Source of the DNA: Chiloscyllium plagiosum
Lineage: Eukaryota
Reading direction: 5' to 3'
DNA: 64,000 bases
Assembly: GCF_004010195.1 (NCBI RefSeq)
Contig: NC_057719.1
Coordinates: 78,039,929 to 78,103,928 of the forward strand
Each line of letters starts with the position of its first letter. Position 1 is the stretch's first letter. Of the stretch, positions 38,751 through 52,185 are shown one piece after another. A model generated the notes under the pieces. That model was not told the DNA's origin. It was given only the letters and a program-made list of their open reading frames with translations, and did no database searches. The position numbers were made by a program, and so were the translations under genes.

Positions 38751-40924
38751 ATGGCATTAGAAGTTCCAATTTATTTCCACCAGATCTCTCTCACTCTTAC
38801 TGCCTGCCATTGCTGTATGTTGGAGAGATTTGCAAGTTGATACTTAGCAACCACACCTTGCTCGACCATCAAGTCCGGAAGTGACGCACGAAACCAGAGC
38901 TTCTGCTTCAAAGGCAGGAATGCTGCCAATGGTGCCCCACGATCTTCATGTAGGCAAATAACAATGAACAACGCAAAAAGTAGAATACAGTGGATGAATA
39001 GAAAAGATTCAAAAAATGACATGCTGGGAAAACTCAGCGGATTTGGCAGCTTGCATATATAGAGAAAGAGAGTTGAAGTTTCAAGTCAAATATAACACTT
39101 GCTTGTAACTCTCGTAACTTCCTTAAAAGCCTTTAGTACCTCTAATTCCTCTGCAACACCTCTGCTTCAAATTTCTCTTTTCCCCCACAGTATTATTGGT
39201 TCATAGCACCACAGCTCTTCCACTTTAATATTCTTTGAAATTCTAAAATCCATCCACTTCTCACTCACACCACCCTCAAAGTCACCAGTGGCGTCACTGC
39301 AACAATGCACTATCCTGTCTTTTTTGCCCCCTATCTTTTCAGTGTTTGACACTATCAATCACTTCACTTAAGTCTAATGCATCTTATTCGTCTCATTGCA
39401 TCTTTTGAAAGTTCCAAAGTTGTACATAAATCCTTAGCTGTGTCTAAGCTTTAATCTTCCGTTGCGTCCGAGTTATATCATCCATAATCTGCTGACATTC
39501 CACTGTATCTCTCCTTCATCAGACTGGACACTGACCACCACTATATTATATTACTTTTTCCTCACTGATTTCTGGGTGACTCCACAGTAGCATCCTGTCA
39601 GCTCCATGAATCCGTCCTTCCCCAATTCTGATCATCCACCTGATTCTATTTGAACTGAGCCTGTGCGAAGTTCGTGCCAATCTACAATACATTAAATTTA
39701 ACATTGAATCATTTCCTACAAATTCCTCTCTTCTTAAAAGGAAATCACTTTATTTGTACATTCTTTCAACTCGCCACACACTATTCCATGATCTTAAAGA
39801 AAGACACAGCACCACATCCTGCAACTAAAAACTCTTTTGTGCTATTGATGATTCTTTGGAGTTTTCCCTGTGCTTAGCTTCTCCTATTATCTCTGTGCCA
39901 TGCTTTGGGATGGTGCTGTACGAACGATGGAGTCACTGCAGTCCTGTGCTACAATTTCAGAAATACATGATTGCATTAATATGAACAAATGCGACATGAA
40001 CAAGTACAGCATCTAGCTTTTAAACATTTTTTTCTCTTGAGTCCCTTCTGGGTTTGATGTTGTATGTCATATAATCTCATTCCTGGAATTTAGCAATACA
40101 GTGATGCTTGTGACACAATATTGAACAGAATATACTGTCCTTTTGAATGGGTGATTGTCAAGAACAGTGAGAGATGCAGAGGCAGCTTTGTTGCTTGTCT
40201 TGAAAGTATGCGGAGAATTTGCCCTCCTTGTGACTGTTTTCCAAAGTTCACAACCTTCCAGCAGGATTACAAGGAGGCGTTCTGTGCCTTTCCTCTTGAT
40301 TCTGACTCTGTCTTCAACCGTGAGAGAGGTCAGTGTGTACAAACGACCTGAACAGATCCACTGTCACTCCCTCTAGTAGTCAGTCAACAAAGATCACGAG
40401 TAAGCATTTGAACAAATTTCCTGGTGTCTGTATAAAGTGATAAATTATATAAGTGCATAACTGTTCTTGTTCAAAAGGGACCTTGGGTAGTCAGTTCCGA
40501 GAAGTGAATAAGCTGTTTGTTTCAATCTTCTATTCGTATGCAATTGCAGAAGACAATGTCGTGTTTTTCAAATAGTGAATAGTACTTTTGTCTTTCCCTA
40601 AAAATCTATCAAACACACTTTGCCAATCTCTGCACCAGAGGTTGGTATTTCTCTTCCTGTAAATTTCTGCACATGTTCACACCCTGATCCAAACACTTCT
40701 AATTTGCTATTTTACATACCTCTATCCACCTCTCCTTAAACAGTTTTATGGGCAATTGTCCAAAATATTCCCAAAGTGGCTATTCGTATTATGTGAGAAG
40801 GTAAGGTATTGAGATAAAATTGACATCTGACCTTAGCACTGAAAGGGCAACAGTGAGTCAGTAAAATTGGGGTTTAAAGCTGTTTATGCGCTATCACTCA
40901 TTTTGCATTACTTTTCAAGACTGA

Positions 40925-41925
40925 TTTAGAGTCACAGCATGAAAACAGACCCTTTTGTTCAACTAGTCCATGCCAACCAGATATTCCAACCTAATCTAGT
41001 ACTAATCCATTTGCTAGCACTTGGCCTATATCCCTCTAAAGCCTTCCTATTCATATACCCATTCAGATACCTTTTAAATGTTGTAATTGTTCTGGCCTCC
41101 TCCACTTCCTCTGGGTGGCTCATTCCACACACTTACCACCCACTGTGTGAAAAAGTTGCCCATTAGGTCCCTTTTAAATCTTTCCCTTCTCACCCCAATC
41201 TTATGCCCTTTAGTTCTGGACTCCCCCATCCCAGGGAAAAGACCTAGTCTACTTACCCTATCCATGCCCCTCATGATTTATTAAACACTTATAAAGTCAC
41301 CCCTCAACCTCCGATGCTCCAAGGAAAACAGCCCCAGTCTATTCAGCCTAACCCTATAGCTCAAACCCTCCAACCCTGGCAACATCCTTGTAAATCTTTT
41401 CTGAACTCTTTCAAGCTTCAGAACATCCTTTGTATAGCACATATTACTCCAAAAGCAGCCTAACCAATAGCCTGTACAGCCGTAACATGACCTCCCAATT
41501 CCTATACGCAATGCTCTGACCAATAAAGGAAAGCATACCAAACGCCACCTTCACTATCCTATCTACCTGTGACTCCACTTTCAAGGAGCTATGAACCTGC
41601 ACTCCAAGGTCTCTCTGTTCAGCAACACTCTCCAGCAACAAACGCCGCCTTCACTATCCTAACCACCTGTGACTCCACTTTCAAGGAGCTATAACCTGCA
41701 CTCCAAGGTCTCTTTGTTCAGCAACACCATTAAGTGTATACATCCTGCCCTGATTTGCCTTTCCAAAATACCGCACCTCATATTTATCTAAATTAAACTC
41801 CATCTGCCACTCCTTGGCCCATCCTGTTGTACTCTGAGGTAACTTCCTTCGCTGTTCACTACAGCTCTAATTTCGGTCTCATCTGCAAACTTACCGACTA
41901 TATCTCTTAAGTTCACATTTTCACC
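40925..41925 (-). mobile_element. CR1 LINE 3' part with internal ~100-bp tandem duplication
   Basis: 'LERVQKRFTRMLPGLEGLSYRVRLNRLGLFSLEHRRLRGD'. 41539-41628 is repeated at 41639-41728. Confidence 0.9.
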
Positions 41926-43531
41926 CCAGTAAATGTGGGCAGGCCATTTGACCATTGGATTATGGCAGCAGAGTCTTGTCCTAATCTCCATCCAAGCATA
42001 CAAACCTACTTTCCAAAAAGGAATCTCTCCATAAGTTAAAACCGTGGCCCCCAGCCTAAAAAAAAGCTAAGAGTAACAGGATTCTGATGTTAGTCAACTC
42101 CATCATGACATCTGTTTGAAATAATTATTTTTGTTAAAAATGTAATGACCTCATTTCCAGTTTTGAAATGAATTAGTTCTTAAATTATGAAGAAACTGAT
42201 ATTGCATAGGCTTGGTATTCATCGTCATCTCTTGAAAGGTCCCAATACATTGCTGAAAATTGTGCTTCTTCATGTTAACTGCATAATGGATCCGAGTACT
42301 TCATATATTATGGTTTGGCAACTAATGTGTTCAGGGCATGAATGCCATGAATTCAACAGCTTTTTAATAAAAGCATATTGCCTGTTAGAAATATGCAAGG
42401 TCGTGGCAGCTGCCTTTAATACACAGCTATGAGTGTACTAGTGCTGGGAATCGGTACCAGCAGCAAACAAGCTGAGGCTCCGTATCTCTGGGATAGGTGC
42501 AACTAACAGGCTAGGTCTCACCTTGCACCACAGTTTGGGAATGACAGACTGTAATACTAGTGCACTCATCATGCATTGGAAATCAACAGTTCTTGGCCAC
42601 TTATTAAAATAAAGTACTTTCACCCACTTTTGTGCCAATTGTCTTTTGCTGATATTAATTGACCTTTAGCTAAAGCTTTAGAATATTTTAGCTAAAAGGC
42701 AGTCCCCACTTCTGTCAATGCTTTGTCTCCCACCAAAGGGTCTAAAGTGGTAGGAAAGAAGCAGTTATATCCAACTGATAGTGCTCCAGTTGCCATACTA
42801 AATATTTTGATTCACTGGAAGCAGAAGAACATGCTGGGAAATATTTGAAGGGCAGGATATTTTAAATTTTTAAGATTCAAATGGTCTAGGTGCTTCAGTC
42901 ACCACATGCTGATGTCACACAATGCAACATGATGCTAACATCGTGGCAGTAACATAGTGGGAGTCAATTCTTAGAGGCCACAGGATAATGCTCTGAGGCC
43001 ATGAATTCAAATACAACCAGGATATTTAAATGTAATTAATAAAAGTCTGGAATTGAAAGCTAGTCTCTGTAATTGTGATCTTTAATTGTTATAAAAGCCA
43101 ATCTGGTTCATTAATGTCCTTTGGATGAAAGATGATTGGCTTTACAGAAGGCAATCTTAATTGGTTTGGCCCACATCTAATTCCAAATGTAATGTGGTTG
43201 ACTGCCAACTGCCCTTTAAAACGATCCAGTGAGCCACTCACTTCCAGGGCAGTTAGGGAGGGTAATAATTTCTGTCCTTGCCAGGGATGCTATATTCCGT
43301 GAAATAATGAAGAAAGAATGTTTAAAATAACCAGCAGGGTGGCCTCTGCTTCTGAGCCAACCTTGTTTTGGTGAATCATGCAGTTGGTTAACTTCTGGTT
43401 TCTTTCCATTCAAACTGCTGCCAAAATTGTGGATATTGTTTCCTTATTACTTGGGGGAGTTGTTCTTGTGCCCATGGAAAGAGTTTTGTTGATGCGATTT
43501 TGTTTGTCTCCTGAACAGTTTGGCTACAATT

Positions 43532-44160
43532 ATGGGTGGGTGTCTTAGGATGGCCTTTGGGGCTGGAGGCCTACTAGAAGCAGCAAGAGTAGAAGAGGAG
43601 TGGGAATAATTTCAAAGGGAAATTGCATGCACACTTAAAGAAAATAAACTTGCAAGGCTATGGGGTAAAGGGGGAGATTAGAGTACAAACCAGTGTTGTT
43701 CTACGGTGAACCAGCATGGACTTGACATAGTGACTCAATGGTTAGCACTGCTGCCTCTCAGCACCAGGGAGCTGGGTCAATTCCACCCAGGATGTGCAGG
43801 TTATATGGATCAGCCATGGGAAATGCAGGGTTATAGGGTAGTGGGTTGGATGCGGGTGGGGTGCCCTTTGGAGCATTGGTGTGGACTCAATGGGCCAACT
43901 GGCCTGCTTTCACACTGTAGAGATTGTACGATAGACAGAATGGCGTCTTTATATTTCAATATGACTGAATCAAAGGAGGCCGTCACTGAGCAATATCGCT
44001 GTAGCCACGAAGCAGTGCATGGAGACCGCAACCTTTTAGGTGACATGGTTACTATGACCATGAGTATTTATACAATGGGCTCTTTTTGAGCTGCAGCAGG
44101 CAACATTAGCAACACTTCTCAGTTGGCTGAGGAGTTGCGTAACAGGGAGGTGACTGCTAC
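43532..44160 (+). pseudogene. Fossil Harbinger (HARBI1-like) transposase N-terminal part, interrupted by a CR1 end and a SINE (~43590-43930)
   Basis: 'YFNMTESKEAVTE...VTMTMSIYTMGSF*AAAGNISNTSQ....REVT' matches the HARBI1 HTH-region pattern 'ALNFYATGSFQ...GD...ISQ...I.EVT'. Confidence 0.6.
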
Positions 44161-44789
44161 GGAGATGCAGACAAGGATGTCCTCATCATCCTTCAGGACC
44201 TCCAAAGTTGTATTCAGGAATCATAGTTCCGTTTCAGTGCTTTCTTCAGGCATGTGTCTGTAGAAAGATTTTCTTGGCATCTGCAGAATGCATCACTCCT
44301 TTAATAGATATTGCTGTCTGTAAATGCTGATGAGTCAATATGTAACACCCAATGTACACATGCAACCAGTGTAAAAGCATTTGCCGCATGATTACAATCA
44401 ACAAAGACTTGAATAATGTGTGCTGTCTGAGTCATCAGTAATCCAGCCTGATCAGATTTCTAGCTTGCGGTTGTTTGGATAAATCGCAGTTTTCATACCG
44501 ATCAGTGGATTTCTGTCTATTTTGACTCTCAGTATGTGCATAAACAGGAAACTGGATCAGGGATAATCAGAGGAAAGTGAAGGGGTCCAACTGTTATTCC
44601 ATCTATTCATTTAAACTGGAGTAATGTCTGACCTATTACTTCAGACAACTATGCAACCTTCCAATCAAATGTTCATTTCTCTTCTCTGTCCTAATGAGAC
44701 TCAATAATCTCCACTCCCCCCGCCCCCCCACCCCAGAATTCAGTTCCAAATGGAGTATTCCAGAATTTCGTCAAGTTAATTGCGCTTCA

Positions 44790-45455
44790 TGTGTATTACT
44801 GAAGAAAGAGGCTGTTGAAGGTTTTCATCTCGTAATCATCAGGACAGATCCAAGAATGTCAAATTTCAAAACAAGCAACAGCTTGCAGGTATATTGTATG
44901 AGAAAAGGAGGCTGATTGGTTGACACGTGGGCTCTGATTGATCAAGACATTGCCATGGAGAATGCGCCAGACAACTATTGAACCCCCCAGCCTTTGGTTT
45001 AGTTTTTTTAAAAATGTGTTCCGTTTTGCTGCAGAGCTCAGGTCCTTGTGAATGCATGCAAGTTGCTTCTGACAAGAACGATGCAAGCCTAACTTGATCG
45101 TTCATCTTAAATTGGTTGTTCGTGTAATTCTTAGCACGCTTCTCATTTTCAGCCAGACTGATCAATCACAGATTTGCATCCATCATAACATGTTATGCTC
45201 TGAATTTTGCAAACAAAATCTGGTTGAATACAGTAAGTACTCTACCTATTGCAAACTGATGCAATCTACCAGTCTTGGGACATACAGCCTCAACACCTGG
45301 CATTGCACGAGCACTGAAATTGATATGCCATGCTGTCCATTTGGGTGCCAGCAGAATGCCCTTTGGCTTGACGGAAACATCCTGTTAGTGGAGAATGCCA
45401 CGCGTGTATTCTTTGCAAAGCAGCAATGTGAGGTGGCCAACTTCTGTTTCTGAAA
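44790..45455 (-). mobile_element. Penelope-like GIY-YIG remnant (same family as 14520-15277)
   Basis: 'CCFAKNTRVAFSTNRMFPSSQ...PRLVDCI'. Hammerhead at 44812-44847. Confidence 0.65.
44812..44847 (-). ncRNA. Minimal hammerhead ribozyme motif
   Basis: Reverse complement reads CTGTC-CTGATGA-TTACGAGAT-GAAA-ACCT-TC-AACAG, with stem I CTGT/ACAG. Confidence 0.55.
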
Positions 45456-47454
45456 TGTTTTCATACCTGTTTGTAGTGTAGATTTAAAGTAAAATATATT
45501 CTCTGGGTGTGGACGATGTTGCAAGGTTGTATTGATTTGCTGTGTCCTGGAAGGTGGCTGTGGTGATGCTTCCCCATCCATTAGCTGATGGCAGCATTAC
45601 ATTGTTTCAACCCTAAATGACAATAGTTTAACACCAGTGTTAAAATGGCGATTATAAAATCTAGTTGAGAGTATTCACAGGCTATGTAGTTCTGGGATGT
45701 AACTTTTGCCAAACTTAAACCCTTTCCGTCTCAAACATGGAGATACGGACTGTCAGCAGAGGTGATTGGAAAGCAGCCAGGTGTGGACACTTGCGTGAAT
45801 AGTTTACCCGCTATCTAGCCTCAGGCCTAACTACCCTGTTTAATAAAAAGACCTCTTGGTGGATCAGCAATCATCATTTGCTTTTGGGTTGCAATGTTTG
45901 ATGGCTCAGTTCCAAGCTATGCAGGAGAGGCTAAACACACAAGGACATGACTGGTTTCGGGAAGAACAGTAAAACCAATTTCTTAGTTTGAGACAGGAAA
46001 AAGGAAGTTGGTAATTCTAACCTCTGTGGAAAAAATAATATATGGGAATTAAAACACATTTATTCCACTTCCTTCCCTCTCCTCATGTTTGTGGCTATTG
46101 TCTGAGAGATGAGAATTTCAGCCACTCTTGACTGCTGCACTGATTCATCTTGTTTCTTTTGGCAATTGTCATCCAAAAAAAAACTAATAAAATGGACACT
46201 TGAAGCACTTAACCACAGAGTCAGCCAAAAGCAGAATTCAGAGTGTTTTTGAAGTGGAACCCATCAAATAAGGATGTGAGGAAAGATTAGGGGGAGGAGC
46301 CAAGATGGCAAAGGTGGATTTGGGATTGAAACAGCAGACTAGCTGAGGGAAAATGGTTTGGTTAGGAAATTATCATTCCGAGAATTGCCTGAGGAAGTGT
46401 GCTTTTGTTGGGATCCAAATAACTGTTCATATACTGGGGAGGAGTAAATGTTATTGCCCATATACTGGGGGAGGAGTGAACGTTATTGCAGGAAATGTTT
46501 GAAGAAGAGGAAAATATGGTTGAGGGATGAAATGAGATACAATGGGAAAGGAAAGGAAATGAGGTGACCATAGACTGGAAGGAAGAGTAGGTACAAAGAT
46601 GAGCACAGATTGAACGAATAGACCAGAGGTAAAGTGCAATCGTGGTTGGTGACCAGAGAGGGAGGCAGAGAGACAGTAAAATCTGCTCAGGAAGAACTTC
46701 AATTGGGTTTTCATAAGCAAGACTCAGGGAGTCAGTTTATCTTTTATAAATGATCCCTGACTTCGATTTGGGGTACATGGGTTGGTCACTAGGTATTCTT
46801 CATTGACATGAAAATTTGGAAGTACAAGAAATAAAATTATGCAAGTCGACTTGACTTGGCAAAAGAACATTTTGTTTGTAATTTGGGCAGCAGCTTAAGT
46901 GTATCATTTATTAATGTATATGGGTGTAGCTAATCGTTGTGAAAACAATTGTATGAACATTGGGGATGTTGAATATCTGTAATAAAGGCAGAGTTGGAAA
47001 TTGTGGTCTCAGTAAGGTGGGGCAAATTATGCAGCAGTTTCAGTTTATTTGTAATGACTAAGGAATGTCTCATGTCTACAGTACTTCATCTTATTTGACT
47101 CAAGTGAACCAAGGTGCAATGTATTGCACAATGTGTTGTGAAGTTGTTAGAATGGTATCTACCATCCCCCACGCATCTTTGAGGTTCCCACCCGTTGTTT
47201 CATAACTCAGCTCCTTGAGAAGGAGCACATTCAGCGTGCCTTGCACCATATTGATGGGTGATATCACATTAACAGTAATCCAGATGCAAGGCGTGTCAAC
47301 TCATCACCTTAAAGTGACAATGCTTCAATAGCATGACGGTGTTGACATGGGCAATATCTAAAATACTGAGGAGGTATCCATAGTTATATTTGGCCATTTT
47401 TCTTCAGCTCATTATGTTCTTTTTTGCACAGTGTGAGGCATATCTCTTCCCTCA

Positions 47455-48081
47455 TGTTATGGACCAGGCCAGACCACTCAAAACATTCTTGATCAGACGA
47501 CCCAGGCCAAAATTTTGCAATTTGTTTAGGTAAATGTACAGTGAAAATTACCCAGAGTAAGCGAGCTAGGTTGACTACCATGTTGTAAAACAGACAGAAA
47601 TTTATTCACAAAATTACACAATTAAATACAAAAAACAGAATGAAGAATCCCTGCAGAACTCAGTCTATCCAAACTAGACTTAATTATGCTGTTCTGACAT
47701 ACGCAACAGTCCCAATAAGCAAACCCCCTTAAAAGATTTTTTAAAAATGGAACAGATGCTTACAGGTTGAAGTTCGAAGGGCAGAAAGAGAGAGAGAGAG
47801 GGCCTGTTTCCACACAGCTGAACTCCTAACTAGTTCTGAACTCCTCAGCTAGAGAGCTGACCGGTCCTCTTTCGTTATACTTCTAAAACATGACCAGTTT
47901 GGCCTGAAGTCTCATCTGTTTATACATAAACAAAAGACCTCTCAAAATCCTTTTCATCTCTATACCAAGCTAGTCTAATCAGTGCCCTGCCCGTTTACGA
48001 CCCCTCTGAAAAAAAATCAAGGACACAGTCTCCTTGAGAAAAGGAACAGCTTTTAGAAAAAAAGGGACCAGCTTTGTGACA
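47455..48081. mobile_element. Solo LTR (~627 bp)
   Basis: Starts TGTTATGG and ends TTTGTGACA (TG...CA with short inverted termini). Flanks ctca/ctta could be a decayed 4-bp TSD. Confidence 0.6.
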
Positions 48082-48270
48082 CTTATCTCCAAGTCACATG
48101 GTTGTGAATTAAACTTACACGCAGGAGGTTTGATCATCAAATCCAGGCTGACATTTTAGAAAAATCAGTGCTGTCTTCTGGATGAGATGTTAAAGCATGA
48201 TTTAGTCTGCTTTTTACAATGACCAGTATAAGCCGTGTGGCATTGTTTTGAAAGATCTATCCCTGGTATT

Positions 48271-51200
48271 GTAGGAGACAGAGGGTGGTGGTGGAGGATG
48301 TTTTCTTTGCCTGGAGGCCTGTGACCAGCAGTGTGCCACAGGGATCGGTATTGGGTCCACTTGTTTGTCATTTATATAAATGAATTGGATGAGAATGGAG
48401 AAGACATAGTTAGTAAGTTTGCAGATGACGCCAAAATTGGTAGTGTACCGGAAGGTTATCTAAGATTACAAGGAGATCTTAATCAATTAGTCAGTGGGTT
48501 GAGGAGTGGTGAATGGAGTTAATTGCATTTGTGAGGTATTGCATTTTGGAATTACAAACAAGGACAGGACTTATACAGTTAATGGTGGGGCCCTGGAAGG
48601 TGTTGTAGAACAGAGAGACCTAGGGGTTCTTTGAAATTTGCAATACAGGTAAACAGGATGGTTAAGAAGGGGTTTAGCATGCTTGCCTTCATTGTTCGGA
48701 CCTTTGAGTTCAGGAGTTGGGACATCATGTTGAGGTTATACAAGACGTGAGGGGTGACTGTATTGAGGTTTATAAAATCATGAGAGGCATATATAAGATG
48801 AATGAGAAGAGTCTTTTCCTTAAGGTGGGGGATTTCAAAACAAGGGGGCATATTTTTAAGGTGAGAGGAGAAAGATTTAAAAAGGATGTGGGGGCATTGA
48901 ATTCTGTGCTCCTGCAGGCAGCAAAGAAGGAGCGAGCTTTCACAAAACAAAGGTTATATGAGCATGGTGACAAGCCAGGCAAATACTTGGCATATCTTGC
49001 CAGGAAAAGGAGTGCCCCTCGAGCCATTACTTTGATTAGAGAAGAGTCTGGGAACCTAATGTGATTTCGAAAAGATGAATGTGGCATTCCAGAGATTTTA
49101 CTCTGAATTATACCAGTCTGAGGTTTGTGAGGAAGGGTGGGCCAAGATGGAGTCCCATTTTCAAGGATCTGGAGCTCCCAGGTGTGACCCTCGAACAAGA
49201 GTCTTTTCTCAATGCCCCGTTATCAGAGCACGAGGTGCAGGAGGCTGTGAAACAGCTTCAGAGTGGAAAGGCACACAGTCCTGATGGACCTCCCAGTGAA
49301 TTCTGTAAGGAACTTATAAGCATATTGTCAGACCCGTTGCTCAACTTGTTTAATGACTTGTACAGCCATGATCGTCTCCCGCCTTCTCTAAGAGAGGCCA
49401 ATATTTTGCTTATTCTTAAAAAAGGAAGATCCCAGAGGACTGTGCTTCTTACAGGCCCATTTCAGTCTGAAATGTGAACTTTTAAAATCCTCTCTAAGAC
49501 TCTTGCATTAAGGCTGGAGACTGCATTATCTTCTATTGTTAAAGAGGACCAGACGGGCTTCATAAAGGGCTGCAGATCTTCCAATAATGTAAGGAGGCTG
49601 CTTAATGTTACTCAAGCGTGTCATCAACAGTCAATACAGGGATTGGTGATTTCTCTAGATGCAGAGAATGCACTTGACTGAGTTGAGTGGCAATACTTGT
49701 TTTTATACTCTGGAGAGGTTTGGCTTGGGCAAAGCCTTTATAAGATGAGTGAAGTACAGTGACCTTCTCAATGTGGTCATCACCAATGGGGTACAATCAA
49801 GCAATTTTAACATTTTTAGGGGCAGGCAGACCCTTTCACTGCTGCTTTTTACGTTGGTGATTAAACCGTTGGCGGAGGCCATTTGTAGGGATCCTAACCT
49901 ATTGGGTCCAGAAGTGAGGCCAAAATTACATAAGATTTCGTTGTACACTGACAATGTCCTCATTTTTTAGTCAAAGCCAGCAGTTTCAGTGCCTTGCCTG
50001 ATACAATGCATCATCATGTTTGGCACCTTTTCAGGGTACAAGATTAATTTTACAAAATCAGAGACAATGCCTATGGGTGGTTTTACGAAGGTGCTAGGTC
50101 TTGAGGGCAAATCACGATTCCCATTTAAGCGGTCACGAGGGGTTCTATGTATTCGGGCATATTCATCACTCTCGTTCTTGATCAGTTGTTTAAAGCTAAT
50201 TTTGTTCAATTATTCGACAAAATCAAACAAGACCTTTGAAGATGGGAGGTGCTTCTGGTCTCATGGTTAGGTTGAATAGAGCTTATTAAGAGGAGTATTC
50301 TTGCCTGTTTATTGTATCCTTTATGGATGCTCCCTCTGATTTTCAATAAGCAAATGTTCAGGAGACTGAACGGCTGGTTCAGCTCTTTTATTTGGCATCT
50401 TAAGTGGCCCCTTATTAAATTAGCTAAACTGTAATTGCTTCACAGACTGGGGGGGGAGTGGATCCCCTGGACATTAAAAGCTACCAACTAAGCTAGCTTT
50501 TATCTTATGTGAGTGATTGGGATTGTGGGGACCCCCTTTCAATATGGTTAGATATCGAAACTTCTCGGGCAAGGTGCCCCCTTATTAGTTTGCTGTTTTT
50601 GGACAAAATGAGGACAGTTAAGGAATATTACCATAACCCAATAGTCATCAATACTGTTAAAGCATGGAGGGCAGTTTGGCAGCGGGCAGGCAATATTGAC
50701 AAAACATCTGGGTATACCAGGTTTTCAACCAGGGATGATGGATTCAGGATTCAAACATTGGGCAGCTAGGAGTGTGTCTTGCATGGGTGATTTATTTGAG
50801 GGAGACACAATGATGTCTTTTGATCAGTAAGCGCGGAAATGCAAACTATCTAGCAGGGGCCTCTTTCGTTTTTTTTTTCCAAGTTAGGGATTTTATTAAA
50901 AAAAAACACTTTTGACTGATCCCTACAAATCTGACATAGACAGGAGGGTGTTCAGTGCTAAGAGTACACTTTCTGTCAGCACTTCATATCATCAATTGGA
51001 GGCGGCCCCTCAGATGAGATCGATCGACTCTGCAGGGTATGGGGGAGAGAGCTAGGCGTTGAGGTCTCCTCAGAGGCATGGGAAGATACTTGGGAAGACG
51101 CAATAAATATATCAATTTGCAAAAGGACCCATGCTTTACAGCTAAAGATTGTCCACAGGGTCCACTTGGCTCCGGATAGTTTGTCAAAATTTCAACCAGG

Positions 51201-52185
51201 AGTATCTTCAACATGTCCCAAGTGTAAAGTTAGTATGGGCACACTTACCCATTGTCTCTGTCTCTGGTCCTGTGGCAAGCTTCCAACATACTGGAGCGCT
51301 GTGGCAGGTGCAATGGAGGGGGTTTTTCGTGTAAGGATGGAGAAGGACCTAATCTCTCTACTTCTTGGCCTGCCCAGCGTATTCCCTGCAGATGCACTTA
51401 AGAAAAAACTTTTCAATATCCTCACTTTCTGTGCGAGAAACAATATCTTGTTAGGTTGGGTGTCTGAAAATCCCCTGGGCCTGTTGGGTTGGTGGAAGAT
51501 TGTTATGAAGCATATCTCTTGGATTTTCTTACACGTGTGGTACACCACAAAACTGAGAATTCCTATAAGACATGACAGCTGTTTTTAGATTACCTGGACA
51601 CAGATTTGTCTGCCACACTTATATAGCCATAACAATTGTGTTTTACGAGTCCAATATCCAGAGAAGGGGAACCGCAAACATGCGAATGGGTGAAACTTAA
51701 TGCTCTCGATATTCAAGAGTTAATGTTTTGTTTGGCTGAGCTGTATTATTATTGTTATTATTATTTATTAGTTTGTTATTATTTAGTTAAGTAGTTGGGG
51801 TTTTTATTCATATATATATTTATACATTTGTACATGAGGGTGTTTGGGTTTTTTTTACTTTTTTGGTGTTATTTATTTGTATTGTTTTGAATTATATTGT
51901 TTTGTATTTGTAGTATTAAATCATCTATTTTTAAATAAAAATATATTTTAAGAAAAGAATATGAGGGGAAACTTTTTTTTAAACACTGTGGTTCATGTGT
52001 GGAATGAACTACCAGAAAAAGTGATGAATTTAGGTCCAGTTATAATGTTTAAAAGACATTTGGATAAATTCATGAATTGAAAAGTTTTGGAGGGATATGG
52101 GCCAAGCGCAGATAGATGGGACTGGTTTAGTTTGGGATTATGGTTGGCGTGGACTGGTTGGACTGAAGGGTCTGTTTCCATGCCA
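48271..52185 (+). mobile_element. CR1 LINE split by L1 (pieces 48271-48896 and 51953-52185)
   Basis: 'SKFADDAKIG...TRGHIFKVRGERFKKD' resumes after the L1 as 'atgaggggaaactttttttt...gtgtggaatgaactaccag'. Confidence 0.85.
48897..51952 (+). mobile_element. L1/Tx1-clade LINE, 5'-truncated ORF2 (~3 kb), decayed
   Basis: 'YEHGDKPGKYLAYLAR', 'LQSGKAHSPDG..SEF', 'LSLLLFTLVIKPLAEAI', 'ISLYTDNVLIF' (YADD), 'GYKINFTKSE', C-terminal 'CPKC....GTLTHC..WSC'. AATAAA at 51934-51939. Confidence 0.92.

Noticed and set aside
40067..40376. Overlapping ORFs on both strands, one Cys-rich, in non-repetitive-looking sequence
   Set aside because: No recognisable domain, no convincing splice-site pair and no partner exons. 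A conserved non-coding element cannot be excluded without alignment.
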